This document shows, piece after piece, positions 54,373-64,000 of a stretch of 64,000 nucleotides of DNA (position 1 is its first letter; each line of letters begins with the position of its first letter). Under the pieces are notes generated by a model. That model was not told the DNA's origin. It saw only the letters and a list, made by a program, of their open reading frames with translations, and made no database searches. The position numbers were made by a program, and so were the translations under genes. The DNA comes from Kiloniellales bacterium (GTDB lineage: Bacteria; Pseudomonadota; Alphaproteobacteria; Kiloniellales; JAKSDN01). Location of the stretch: contig JBFJPL010000003.1 in the NCBI GenBank assembly GCA_041617155.1, positions 19,189-83,188 of the forward strand, read 5' to 3'.

Positions 54373-54771
54373 ATGAATTTGCTGTCCAACGCGACCCTCT
54401 CCAGCCTGGCGGCGCAAAGCCATAGCCTGGCTGTTTCGGCGAGCAATATCGCGAACGTGCGCAGCCTGGGTCTGCCGCTAGACGGTAGTCAGCCGAGCGG
54501 GGGAGAGTACGTGCCCCAGCGTGCGGTGCAGACCTCCGGGCCGGACGGTATCGTACGCAGCCAGGCGGTACCGATCGAACCACCCTCGGTTCCAGCTTTC
54601 GACCCGAATGACCCCCGGGCCGACGCGAACGGATTGGTGCCGATCGCCAACGTGTCGCTGGAACAGGAATTCGTCGTCCAGATCCAGGCCAAGCTCGCCT
54701 ACAAGGCCAATCTGGCGGCCTTGCAGACCCAAAACGAGATCCTGGGCGAGTTGCTCGACGTGGTGTCCTGA
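54373..54771 (+). CDS. Orphan FlgC-like flagellar rod-family protein
   Basis: 132 aa, colinear with FlgC of this window: SNIANVRS (vs ENVANADS), YVPQRAVQT (vs YRRKVVTF), FDPNDPRADANGLVPIANVSLEQEFVVQIQAKLAYKANL (vs [39 protein letters not shown]). It lies 22 kb away from the flagellar island. Confidence 0.7.
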   Translation: MNLLSNATLSSLAAQSHSLAVSASNIANVRSLGLPLDGSQPSGGEYVPQRAVQTSGPDGIVRSQAVPIEPPSVPAFDPNDPRADANGLVPIANVSLEQEFVVQIQAKLAYKANLAALQTQNEILGELLDVVS

Positions 54772-54854
54772 GCGCAGCCTGGACGCGGGCCTGCGTTGGC
54801 CGGCTCTTAGTTTAACCTTGTCCCCGCGTCACCGGCGCGCTACATATGTCCCTG

Positions 54855-54971
54855 ATGAGCACGACGCGCAAAGAGATGATCCAGCATCAAAGTGCCCTGC
54901 CGGACGCTGGGGTTGTTCGTGCGCCGCTGCTCCCCCTCCTTCCCGAGATCCTCCTTCTTAGCTGCCCCTGA
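54855..54971 (+). promoter_or_regulatory. Candidate Leu-rich leader peptide ORF upstream of leuA
   Basis: A 38-codon ORF encodes MSTTRKEMIQHQSALPDAGVVRAPLLPLLPEILLLSCP*, with an in-frame alternative ATG at 54846. Seven Leu occur in the last 14 codons, including three CTT. It ends 90 nt before the leuA ATG. No convincing SD is present. Confidence 0.35.
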
Positions 54972-55060
54972 GCGCTACAGCCGCGTTGTGGCGGCAAGCG
55001 AGCAGGGGGACATGACCGGCCCAACGCTAAGTAACTGAGGGAACGAGGAAATTTTCAGTC

Positions 55061-56617
55061 ATGAGTAGTACCAAGAAGGGCGCCGAGCGCGTCATCGTCT
55101 TCGACACCACCCTGCGCGACGGCGAACAGTCGCCGGGTTGCTCGATGAACCTGGAGGAGAAGGTCCAGGTCGCCGACATGCTCGAGCGCATGGGCGTGGA
55201 TGTCATCGAAGCCGGCTTCCCGATCGCCTCGCGCGGCGACTTCGAGGCGGTCAGCAAGATCGCCAGCCGGGTCAAGGACAGCGCCGTGGCCGGATTGGCC
55301 AGGGCCAGCGCAAAGGACATCGACCGGGCCGGAGAGGCGCTCAAGCATGCCGAGCGGCCGCGCATCCACACTTTCATCTCCACCAGCCCGCTGCATATGA
55401 AGCACAAGCTGCAGATGGAGCCCGAGGCGGTGCACCAGGCGGTGATCGACAGCGTCACCCGGGCCCGCAACCTGTGCGACGACGTGGAGTGGTCGCCCGA
55501 GGACGGCACCCGCACCGAGCACGACTTCCTCTGCCGTTGCGTCGAGTCGGCGATCAAGGCGGGCGCGCGCACGGTCAACATCCCGGACACCGTGGGCTAC
55601 ACCGTGCCCGAGGAGTTCCACGACCTGATCGCCATGCTGAAGAACCGGGTGCCCAACATCGACCAGGCGGTGATCTCGGTCCACTGCCACAACGATCTGG
55701 GCTTGGCGGTCGCCAACTCCCTGGCCGCGATCCAGGCCGGCGCCCGGCAGGTCGAATGCACGATCAACGGCATCGGCGAACGGGCCGGCAACGCCTCGAT
55801 GGAGGAGATCGTCATGGCGCTGCGCACGCGCCGCGACTTCATGCCTTTCGAGACCGGCGTCGACACCACGATGATCACCAAGGCCTCGCGCCTGCTTTCG
55901 GCGGTCACCGGCTTTTCGGTCCAGCCGAACAAGGCCATCGTCGGCGCCAACGCCTTCGCCCACGAGGCCGGCATCCATCAGGACGGCATGCTGAAGAACG
56001 CCGAGACCTACGAGATCATGACGCCGGAGTCGGTCGGCCTGACCCGCTCGACCCTGGTCATGGGCAAGCATTCGGGGCGCCACGCCTTCAAGACCAAGCT
56101 CGAGGAGCTGGGCTTCAAGCTGAGCGACAACGAGCTGAACGACGCCTTCGAGCGCTTCAAGGACTTGGCGGACAACAAGAAAGACGTGTTCGACGAAGAC
56201 CTGATCGCCCTGGTCGACGATGCCGTGGTGCGCCACAACGACCGCATCAAGTTCGTTTCCCTGCAGGTGGTATGCGGCTCGAAGGGGCCGCAGACGGCCG
56301 AGCTAGAGCTCGAGTTCGACGGCAAGGTCAAGTGCGAGAAGGCCAACGGCAACGGTCCGGTCGACGCGCTGTTCGCGGCGATCAGCAAGATCTGTCCGCA
56401 CGAGGGCAAACTGCAGCTCTATCAGGTCCATGCCGTGACCGGCGGGACCGACGCCCAGGCCGAAGTGACGGTACGACTTGAAGAGAACGGCAAAACCGTC
56501 AACGGCCAGGGCGCCGACTATGATACCCTGGTGGCGTCCGCCCGGGCCTATGTGAATGCTTTGAACAAACTACTGGTGAAACGAGAAAAGACCGCGCCGG
56601 CGGCGCTTTCGGCCTGA
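55061..56617 (+). CDS. leuA: 2-isopropylmalate synthase
   Basis: 518 aa. It carries VIVFDTTLRDGEQSPGCSMNLEEKVQVADMLERMGVDVIEAGFPIAS...HCHNDLGLAVANSLAA. Confidence 0.96.
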   Translation: MSSTKKGAERVIVFDTTLRDGEQSPGCSMNLEEKVQVADMLERMGVDVIEAGFPIASRGDFEAVSKIASRVKDSAVAGLARASAKDIDRAGEALKHAERPRIHTFISTSPLHMKHKLQMEPEAVHQAVIDSVTRARNLCDDVEWSPEDGTRTEHDFLCRCVESAIKAGARTVNIPDTVGYTVPEEFHDLIAMLKNRVPNIDQAVISVHCHNDLGLAVANSLAAIQAGARQVECTINGIGERAGNASMEEIVMALRTRRDFMPFETGVDTTMITKASRLLSAVTGFSVQPNKAIVGANAFAHEAGIHQDGMLKNAETYEIMTPESVGLTRSTLVMGKHSGRHAFKTKLEELGFKLSDNELNDAFERFKDLADNKKDVFDEDLIALVDDAVVRHNDRIKFVSLQVVCGSKGPQTAELELEFDGKVKCEKANGNGPVDALFAAISKICPHEGKLQLYQVHAVTGGTDAQAEVTVRLEENGKTVNGQGADYDTLVASARAYVNALNKLLVKREKTAPAALSA

Positions 56618-56728
56618 TCCCTGACAAGGGTTTCAGGCTGATGGCCCAACCATTTCCTTGAAATCGCCACGGCGGGGCGCTATTCCGATGCGATACCCGC
56701 CGTGGCGGGGTTTACTCCTAACCCTTGA

Positions 56729-57781
<1,053 letters not shown>

Positions 57782-57942
57782 TGGTCTGATTCAGATCACT
57801 AGGGTCTCGGCGCTGCCCGCAACCGGTTTCCCAAATTCTCAACGCTTTATTAAGATAAAGCTGTATACCTTAAAGTGTAGCGACAGTAGCATAGACCGAA
57901 TCGCAAACGTGATGGTGGCTGATACCCAGGAACGGAGGGGGC

Positions 57943-58824
57943 GTGTATAGACGCGCGGGTTCAGTTGTTCGCTTGGCCACGCCCGTCAAGGCGTGGGCGC
58001 AAAGGTTTGCCCTCCTTCTGCTGATCGGCGTCGCCATTGCCCTGATGTTGCTGGACAAGGCCGACAGCGTGGTGATCGAACGGGCCCGCACCGTTGTGAC
58101 CGACGCCGTCTCGCCCCTGCTCGAAGCGGCCGCCCGGCCCGTCACGACCTTCAACGAGATGACCGAGCGTGCCGCCCAGCTGGTTTCCGTGGCCGCCGAG
58201 AACGCCACCCTGCGCGAGCAGAACGAACGCCTGCAGCACTGGCAGACCGTCGCGCGCCGCCTGGAAGCGGAGAACACCGCGCTCAGGAACATGCTCAGCC
58301 TGGCGCCGGACCCGGCGCTTCGGTTCGTCACCGCGCGGGTGATCGGCGATCAGGGCGGCGCCTTCGTCCGCTCGATGCTGGTCAATGTCGGCCGCCGCCA
58401 AGGCGTCGCGCGTGGCCAGGCGGCGCTGACCGGCCAAGGCCTGGCCGGTCGGGTCGCGGAGGTCGGCGCGCATACGGCGCGGGTGCTCCTGTTGACCGAC
58501 ATGAACAGCCGGATACCGATCCTCGTGGGCGAGACGCGCGACCGCGCGATGCTGGCCGGCGACAACACGGGCCAACCACGGCTGCTCTACCTGGAGCCGC
58601 GGGTCGAGCTGAAGGTCGGCGACCGCGTGGTGACCTCGGGCCACGGGGGCGTGTTTCCGCCGGGCCTGCCGGTTGGCCAGGTGGTCTCGGCCGGCAAGGA
58701 AGGCGTCCGGGTGCAGCCCTTTGTCGACTGGGGGCACATGGAATATCTTCGGCTGGTGGACTATGAACTGCCCGGCATCCTGCGCTCCCTCGAGGATAGC
58801 AAGACGCCGGGGAATGGTCGGTGA
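57943..58824 (+). CDS. mreC: Rod shape-determining protein MreC
   Basis: 293 aa, GTG start after GGAGGGGG. It has a coiled coil (LREQNERLQHWQTVARRLEAENTALR) and C-terminal GDRVVTSGHGGVFPPGLPVGQV. Confidence 0.9.
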   Translation: MYRRAGSVVRLATPVKAWAQRFALLLLIGVAIALMLLDKADSVVIERARTVVTDAVSPLLEAAARPVTTFNEMTERAAQLVSVAAENATLREQNERLQHWQTVARRLEAENTALRNMLSLAPDPALRFVTARVIGDQGGAFVRSMLVNVGRRQGVARGQAALTGQGLAGRVAEVGAHTARVLLLTDMNSRIPILVGETRDRAMLAGDNTGQPRLLYLEPRVELKVGDRVVTSGHGGVFPPGLPVGQVVSAGKEGVRVQPFVDWGHMEYLRLVDYELPGILRSLEDSKTPGNGR

Positions 58825-59330
58825 AGCAAGGCCTCTGGCACCGTTTGGATATCATCGCACGCAGCCTGTCGCCCCTGGCGATCACGCTGCTGTTGATCAT
58901 GTTGGGCATGATCCCGCTGCAGATCCCCAATATCGCCCCGGTGATTCCGGCCCTGGCCTTGATCGCGGTCTACTACTGGGCGGTTCACCGGCCGGAACTC
59001 ATGACGGTCTGGGCGATCTTTCTGATCGGACTGTTTCATGATCTGCTGTCGGGCGGCCATATCGGGGTCGGCATCCTGGCGCTGCTGCTGGTGCATATCA
59101 TCGTCGACACCCAGCGGCGGATCTTCGCCCGCTCGTCGTTTCAGGCGCTGTGGGTGCTGTTCGCGCCGGTCGCGGCCGCCGCCATGTATCTGATGTGGCT
59201 TCTGAACTGCCTAATGCAGGGTGAGTTTCTGGAGGTCGGGCCGGTGTTGTTTCAGTATCTGACCACCGTCGCGGCCTATCCCTGTCTGGCCTGGCTTTTC
59301 GCCCAGGCCCAGAAAGTCTTGTTAAGATAG
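58821..59330 (+). CDS. mreD: Rod shape-determining protein MreD
   Basis: 169 aa, polytopic. It overlaps mreC by 4 nt and occupies the position between mreC and mrdA. Confidence 0.8.
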   Translation: MKQGLWHRLDIIARSLSPLAITLLLIMLGMIPLQIPNIAPVIPALALIAVYYWAVHRPELMTVWAIFLIGLFHDLLSGGHIGVGILALLLVHIIVDTQRRIFARSSFQALWVLFAPVAAAAMYLMWLLNCLMQGEFLEVGPVLFQYLTTVAAYPCLAWLFAQAQKVLLR

Positions 59331-59373
59331 GTTCCTAGGCCGGCAAAGCGGTCGAGTGAGGATCAGGCGCAGC

Positions 59374-61269
59374 ATGGTGCGGCGTAACGAAGAACAGGCC
59401 CGCTACAAGTCCTTCTCCCGGCGCGCCTTGCTGTTGGGCGGCGGTCAGGCCGCGCTGCTCGCCACCCTGGCCGGGCGCATGTACTACCTGCAGATCCTGG
59501 AGTCCGACCGCTATGCGACGCTGGCCGAGGACAACCGCATCAACCTGCGCCTGCTGCCGCCGCCGCGCGGGCGCATCGTCGACCGTTTCGGCCGGCCGCT
59601 GGCGGACAACGTGCAGAACTACCGCGTGGTGCTGGTGCGCGAGCAGGCGCCGGATGTCCGCGCGACGCTGGACGACCTGGGCCGGTTGATCGCGCTGTCG
59701 GACTACGACCGCGAGCGGGTGCTGCGGGAGACCTCCAAGAAGCGGGCCTTCGTCCCGGTCACCGTGCGCGGCCACCTGAGCTGGCCCGAGGTCAGCCGGA
59801 TCGAGGTCAACGCGCCGGAGCTGCCCGGCGTCGGCATCGAGGTCGGCGAGAGCCGGCGCTATCCCTACGGCGACCCCATGACCCAGGTGCTGGGTTACGT
59901 CGCGCCGGTGTCGGAAGCGGAGCAGACCGGCGAGCCCCTGCTGCAGCTGGCGGACTTCCGGATCGGCAAGAACGGCGTCGAGCGGCAGCACGACCTGGCG
60001 TTGCGCGGTTCGCCTGGGACCACGCACTTCGAGGTCAACGCCGCCGGCCGGATCATCCGCGAGGTGCCGCCGCGCGAGGAGGCCAAACCGGGCCGCGAGC
60101 TGGTGCTGAGTCTGGACGCGGAACTGCAGAGCTTCGTGCACCAGCAGCTGATCCAGCACAAGAGCGCCACCGCCGTGGTTATGAACGTCGAGGACGGCGA
60201 GGTCCTGGCCCTCGACTCCGCGCCCAGCTACGACGCCAGCGCCTTCGACCTCGGACTGTCGTCGGAGCAGTGGAGCCAGTTGGTCAACAATCCGTTGTCG
60301 CCCTTGACCAACAAGGCGATCAGTGGGCTCTACGCGCCGGGTTCGACCTTCAAGATGATGGTTGCGCTGGCCGCCCTGGAATCGGGAATCAGGCCCTCGG
60401 AGACGGCCTTTTGCCGCGGTTACCTGGAGCTCGGCAACGCCCGCTTCCACTGCTGGAAAAAGCACGGGCACGGCCTCATGGACATGCACCGAGGCATCAA
60501 GCATTCCTGCGACATCTATTTCTACGAGCTGGCAAAGCGGGTCGGCATAGACGCGATTTCCGACATGGCCTTCCGCTTCGGGCTCGGCAAGCTGGTCGGG
60601 CTCGACCTGCCGGGCGAGCGCCCCGGCGTGGTGCCGACCCGCGACTGGAAGCTCGCCAACATCGGCGAAGTCTGGCAGCGCGGGGAAACCCTGGTGACCG
60701 CGATCGGTCAGGGCTTCGTCCTGGCGACGCCGCTGCAGCTGGCGGTCATGACCGCGCGCCTCGCCAGCGGCACGGCGGTCACGCCGCGCCTGACCCGCGG
60801 CTTCCGAGATGTCGAGGGCGAGGGGCCGGTGATCGGCGTCGAGACGCCCGGGTTCGCGCCGCTCGAGGTCTCCAAGGCCCACCTCAAGATCGTCCGTGAC
60901 GGCATGGACGCGGTGGTCAACGAGGAGCGCGGCACCGCCTATTGGCGGCGCATCGCCCAGGAGGGCTGGGAGATGGCCGGCAAGACCGGGACATCCCAGG
61001 TGCGCCGGATCACCAAGGCCGAGCGGGAGGCCGGCGTCAAGAAGAACGAGGAGCTGCCCTGGCGGTTCCGGGACCATGCCCTGTTCGTCGCCTTCGCGCC
61101 GGTCCACAAGCCGCGCTACAGCTGCGCCGTACTGGTCGAACACGGCGGCGGCGGGTCCAAAGCGGCGGCGCCGATCGCGCGCGACATCCTGATCGAAACC
61201 CAGCGCCGCGATCCGTCCGGCGCCCAAGGTCTGCCGATGCTCGCCAGCAGCGCGGTGGGCGAGGGTTAG
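59374..61269 (+). CDS. mrdA: Penicillin-binding protein 2 (elongasome transpeptidase)
   Basis: It carries RLLPPPRGRIVDRFGRPLADN..., the active-site motif APGSTFKM, and KTGTSQV. The start is either ATG 59374 or GTG 59356. Confidence 0.92.
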   Translation: MVRRNEEQARYKSFSRRALLLGGGQAALLATLAGRMYYLQILESDRYATLAEDNRINLRLLPPPRGRIVDRFGRPLADNVQNYRVVLVREQAPDVRATLDDLGRLIALSDYDRERVLRETSKKRAFVPVTVRGHLSWPEVSRIEVNAPELPGVGIEVGESRRYPYGDPMTQVLGYVAPVSEAEQTGEPLLQLADFRIGKNGVERQHDLALRGSPGTTHFEVNAAGRIIREVPPREEAKPGRELVLSLDAELQSFVHQQLIQHKSATAVVMNVEDGEVLALDSAPSYDASAFDLGLSSEQWSQLVNNPLSPLTNKAISGLYAPGSTFKMMVALAALESGIRPSETAFCRGYLELGNARFHCWKKHGHGLMDMHRGIKHSCDIYFYELAKRVGIDAISDMAFRFGLGKLVGLDLPGERPGVVPTRDWKLANIGEVWQRGETLVTAIGQGFVLATPLQLAVMTARLASGTAVTPRLTRGFRDVEGEGPVIGVETPGFAPLEVSKAHLKIVRDGMDAVVNEERGTAYWRRIAQEGWEMAGKTGTSQVRRITKAEREAGVKKNEELPWRFRDHALFVAFAPVHKPRYSCAVLVEHGGGGSKAAAPIARDILIETQRRDPSGAQGLPMLASSAVGEG

Positions 61270-61279
61270 GCACTAGATC

Positions 61280-62437
61280 ATGGCCTATTCGGACCTCTCC
61301 TGGCCGCGCAATCCGCGCCTCAACCTGGCCCAAAAGGTCAGCCAGATCAACTGGGGCATGGTGTTCCTGGTCGTGCTGCTGGGCGCGATCGGCTGTTCCA
61401 TGCTCTACTCGGCGGCCGACGGCAGCATGGATCCCTGGGCCTCGCGCCAGTTGACCCGCTTCGCGCTCGGTTTCGTCTTGATGTTCGCGGTCGCGCTGGT
61501 CGATATCCGCTTCTGGTTCCGCAACGCCTACTTCATCTACTTGGGCGGACTGGTGCTGCTGGCGGCGGTCGAGGTGATCGGCAGCACCGGCATGGGCGCG
61601 CAGCGCTGGATCAATCTCGGCGTCGCCCAGGTGCAGCCCTCGGAGATCATGAAGGTGACCGTGGTGCTGGCGCTCGCGCGCTACTTCCACGGCGTGGCCA
61701 GCGAGGAGATCAGCCGTCCGTTCCTGCTGATCCTGCCGATCGGCCTGATCCTGGTGCCGACCGCCCTGGTGCTCAAGCAGCCGGATCTGGGCACCGGCAT
61801 GATGCTGCTGATGATGGGCGCGGCGGTCTTCTTCGTGGCCGGCGTGCGCATCTGGAAGTTCATCGTGGTGCTGGTCGCCGGCCTGGCGGCGATCCCGATC
61901 GGCTGGCAGTTCCTGCACGAGTACCAGCGCCGGCGGGTGCTCACCTTCCTCGACCCGGAGTCCGATCCGCTCGGCTCCGGCTACCACATCCTGCAGTCGA
62001 AGATCGCGCTCGGCTCCGGCGGCTTCCTCGGCAAGGGCTTCCTGCAGGGCACCCAGACCCACCTGGAGTTCCTGCCCGAAAAACACACCGACTTCATCTT
62101 CACCATGCTGGCCGAAGAGTTCGGCATGCTGGGCGGACTGGCCCTGTTGACCGTGTACACCAGTATTTTCGTCTACGGCGCCGCCATCGCCTACCGTTCG
62201 CGCAACCATTTCGGCCGGATCCTGGCCATGGGGCTGATGGTCAACCTGTTCCTCTACGTCTTCATCAACATCGCCATGGTGATGGGCCTGCTGCCGGTGG
62301 TCGGCGTGCCGCTGCCGCTGATCTCCTACGGCGGCACGGCGATGCTGACGGTGATGCTCTCGCTCGGCCTGATCATCTCGGTCTCGGTCCACCGCGACGT
62401 ACGCATCCCGCGCACCGGCCTGAACAACAACCTTTAG
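61280..62437 (+). CDS. mrdB: Peptidoglycan glycosyltransferase RodA (SEDS family)
   Basis: 385 aa. It carries QPSEIMKV...LLILPIGLILVPTALVLKQPDLGT...TDFIFTMLAEEFG...PLPLISYGGT. Confidence 0.93.
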   Translation: MAYSDLSWPRNPRLNLAQKVSQINWGMVFLVVLLGAIGCSMLYSAADGSMDPWASRQLTRFALGFVLMFAVALVDIRFWFRNAYFIYLGGLVLLAAVEVIGSTGMGAQRWINLGVAQVQPSEIMKVTVVLALARYFHGVASEEISRPFLLILPIGLILVPTALVLKQPDLGTGMMLLMMGAAVFFVAGVRIWKFIVVLVAGLAAIPIGWQFLHEYQRRRVLTFLDPESDPLGSGYHILQSKIALGSGGFLGKGFLQGTQTHLEFLPEKHTDFIFTMLAEEFGMLGGLALLTVYTSIFVYGAAIAYRSRNHFGRILAMGLMVNLFLYVFINIAMVMGLLPVVGVPLPLISYGGTAMLTVMLSLGLIISVSVHRDVRIPRTGLNNNL

Positions 62438-62504
62438 CCGGCGGCGCCTTGCGGCCAATTCGCTCGACAAAGCGGGCCGGAGTTGCTATCTAGCCGGCCC
62501 GGTG

Positions 62505-62580
<76 letters not shown>

Positions 62581-62822
62581 TTCTTTTCAAAGACTTAGCC
62601 TAACGCCGCCGCTGCCAAGCGACGCGGGCCTCGAACCGACGTGTCTGCGGGCCACGACCTTCGGGCGCGCCGAAGGGCAGTCGCTGAAACGCCGATTGAG
62701 CGCGGGGCGGCTCCGATTGCCGGAATCCCGCGGCCGGACCACTTGATCCGGATCAATGATCCGACCGGGTTTCCCGTGGACTATCCGCAGCACGACCCGC
62801 AATTTGACCGCAGGTACCCGCG

Positions 62823-64000
62823 ATGGCCGATCTGCTCATGAGCTACGTCCACGGCACCAGCCCGACGCCGCTGCTGGGCTCGACAGTGGGCGCGCTGTTC
62901 GACCGCACGGTGGCTCGTTGGCCGGACAATCCGGCGCTCGTTGTCCGGCATCAGAACGTGCGCTGGACTTATCGAGAGCTGAAACGGGAAGTCGACGCCC
63001 TGGCGGCCGGCCTGATCGCGATCGGACTCGAGCCCGGCGATCGGCTCGGAATCTGGTCCCAGAACAATGCCGAATGGGTCGTTACCCAGTTCGCCTCGGC
63101 AAAGGCGGGCGTCATCCTGGTCAACATCAATCCAGGTTACCGGGTGCAGGAGGTTGAATACGCGCTCAACAAAACCGGCTGCAAGGCCCTCATCGCCGCG
63201 CCGGCCTTCAAGTCCAGCAACTATATCGAGATGCTCGGCCAGTTGGCCCCGGAACTCGAAACCGCCAGGCCAGGCGAACTCGAGAGCGCACGCCTGCCAC
63301 AGCTCAGAGTCGCCATATGTCTGGGCGGCGAGCCGAGCGCCGGCATGCTGAATTTTGCCGATCTGCCGGGGATGGCCGGCGCGTCGGAGCGGCTACGCCT
63401 CGAGGACCTGAGCACCACGCTGCAGTTCGACGACCCCATCAACATTCAGTTCACCAGCGGGACGACCGGCGCGCCCAAGGCCGCGACCCTGACCCATCAC
63501 AACATCGTCAACAATGCCTTTTTCGTCGGCCGGACCATGGAGCTCGGCGAGCGCGACCGGCTCTGCATTCCGGTTCCCATGTACCACTGCTTCGGCATGG
63601 TCCTCGGCACGCTTACTTGCGTCGCGCACGGCGCGAGCATGGTCTTCCCCTCGGAAGGATTCGATCCGCTGGAGGTGCTGAAGTCGGTCGAGGCCGAGCG
63701 CTGTACGGGGCTGCATGGCGTCCCCACGATGTTTATCGCCGAGCTCGATCATCCGGCGTTCGACGAGTTCGACCTTGCCTCCCTGCGCACCGGGATCATC
63801 GCCGGCGCGCCTTGTCCCATCGAGCTGATGAAGCGGCTGATCGGCGAGATGCACCTGCCGCAGATCACGATCGCCTACGGCATGACCGAGACCGGGCCCG
63901 TCAGCTTCGAGACCTCGGTCCACGATCCGATCGAGCGGCGCGTGACCACGGTCGGCCGGGTGCTGCCCCATACCGAGGTAAAGATCGTCGACGAAAAGGG
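62823..64000 (+). CDS. AMP-binding acyl-CoA synthetase/ligase (3' end beyond the window)
   Basis: Absent from the ORF track because no stop occurs in the window. My translation from ATG 62823 gives [41 protein letters not shown]...[26 protein letters not shown]...[11 protein letters not shown]..., which contains the AMP-binding core motifs. Confidence 0.88.
   Translation, partial: MADLLMSYVHGTSPTPLLGSTVGALFDRTVARWPDNPALVVRHQNVRWTYRELKREVDALAAGLIAIGLEPGDRLGIWSQNNAEWVVTQFASAKAGVILVNINPGYRVQEVEYALNKTGCKALIAAPAFKSSNYIEMLGQLAPELETARPGELESARLPQLRVAICLGGEPSAGMLNFADLPGMAGASERLRLEDLSTTLQFDDPINIQFTSGTTGAPKAATLTHHNIVNNAFFVGRTMELGERDRLCIPVPMYHCFGMVLGTLTCVAHGASMVFPSEGFDPLEVLKSVEAERCTGLHGVPTMFIAELDHPAFDEFDLASLRTGIIAGAPCPIELMKRLIGEMHLPQITIAYGMTETGPVSFETSVHDPIERRVTTVGRVLPHTEVKIVDEK

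Noticed and set aside
57844-57861. AU-rich hairpin GCTTTAT-TAAG-ATAAAGC in the AT-rich mreB-mreC spacer
   Set aside because: It is a weak 7-bp A/U stem without a U tract and could be fortuitous in an AT-rich stretch. mreBCD are normally co-transcribed.
62581-62822. tRNA-Lys flank examined as a possible genomic-island integration site
   Set aside because: No integrase, no repeat of the tRNA 3' end and no compositional break were noticed. The next gene is an ordinary acyl-CoA synthetase.

Overview
High-GC alphaproteobacterial chromosome segment, judged from Caulobacter-type short flagellins, fliX, a CckA-like kinase, TTAA-N7-TTAA boxes and recA-alaS linkage. No GC statistics were computed. Bases 1-32,050 form one large flagellar island. 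It holds flagellin-modification genes (partial ORF plus a TPR/GT41 FlmG-like glycosyltransferase) and two tandem 273-aa flagellins. Next come an unknown 277-aa coiled-coil gene, flgL, flgK, a FlgN/FlbY-like gene, a rod-binding-only flgJ, flgI, flaG, fliX, dksA, flgH, flgA, flgG, flgF, fliL and fliM. A five-gene translationally coupled stator-associated block follows: a TM coiled-coil protein, a MotE-like protein, a degenerate MotB-like protein, a MotB-like protein and a 1016-aa AMIN+TPR periplasmic protein. The island ends with fliP, fliO, a 91-aa unknown, a stand-alone FlhB-C-terminal-like gene, csrA, flgB, flgC, fliE, fliQ, fliR, flhB and a CckA-like hybrid kinase. The remainder is housekeeping: a decayed multicopper-oxidase remnant, recA, alaS, dppABCDF, cyclophilin, icd, an orphan TctC-type binding protein, LOG, a LysM protein, psd-pssA, a PadR-MFP-RND efflux operon, an orphan FlgC-like gene, leuA, mreBCD-mrdA-rodA, tRNA-Lys(CUU), and a 3'-truncated AMP-binding acyl-CoA synthetase that is missing from the ORF track. 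No CRISPR array, IS element, integrase or prophage gene was seen. The most interesting signals are as follows. (1) A two-tier regulatory architecture is readable from the DNA: four well-spaced sigma54 -24/-12 promoters (both flagellins, flgI, flgF), each with GGCA-N5-T(G/A)CC dyad clusters about 75-130 bp upstream, versus CtrA-type TTAA-N7-TTAA-like boxes at fliX, fliL, flgB and the fliOP operon. (2) The MotA-less stator-associated module, with a MotB paralog lacking the plug-region Asp and a giant AMIN/TPR protein. (3) The uncharacterised 277-aa flagellin-locus protein. (4) csrA with no fliW in the window. (5) A Leu-rich leader ORF complementary to the leuA ribosome-binding site. (6) An orphan FlgC paralog behind a very AT-rich region. 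Many long ORFs in the track are GC-driven shadow frames.
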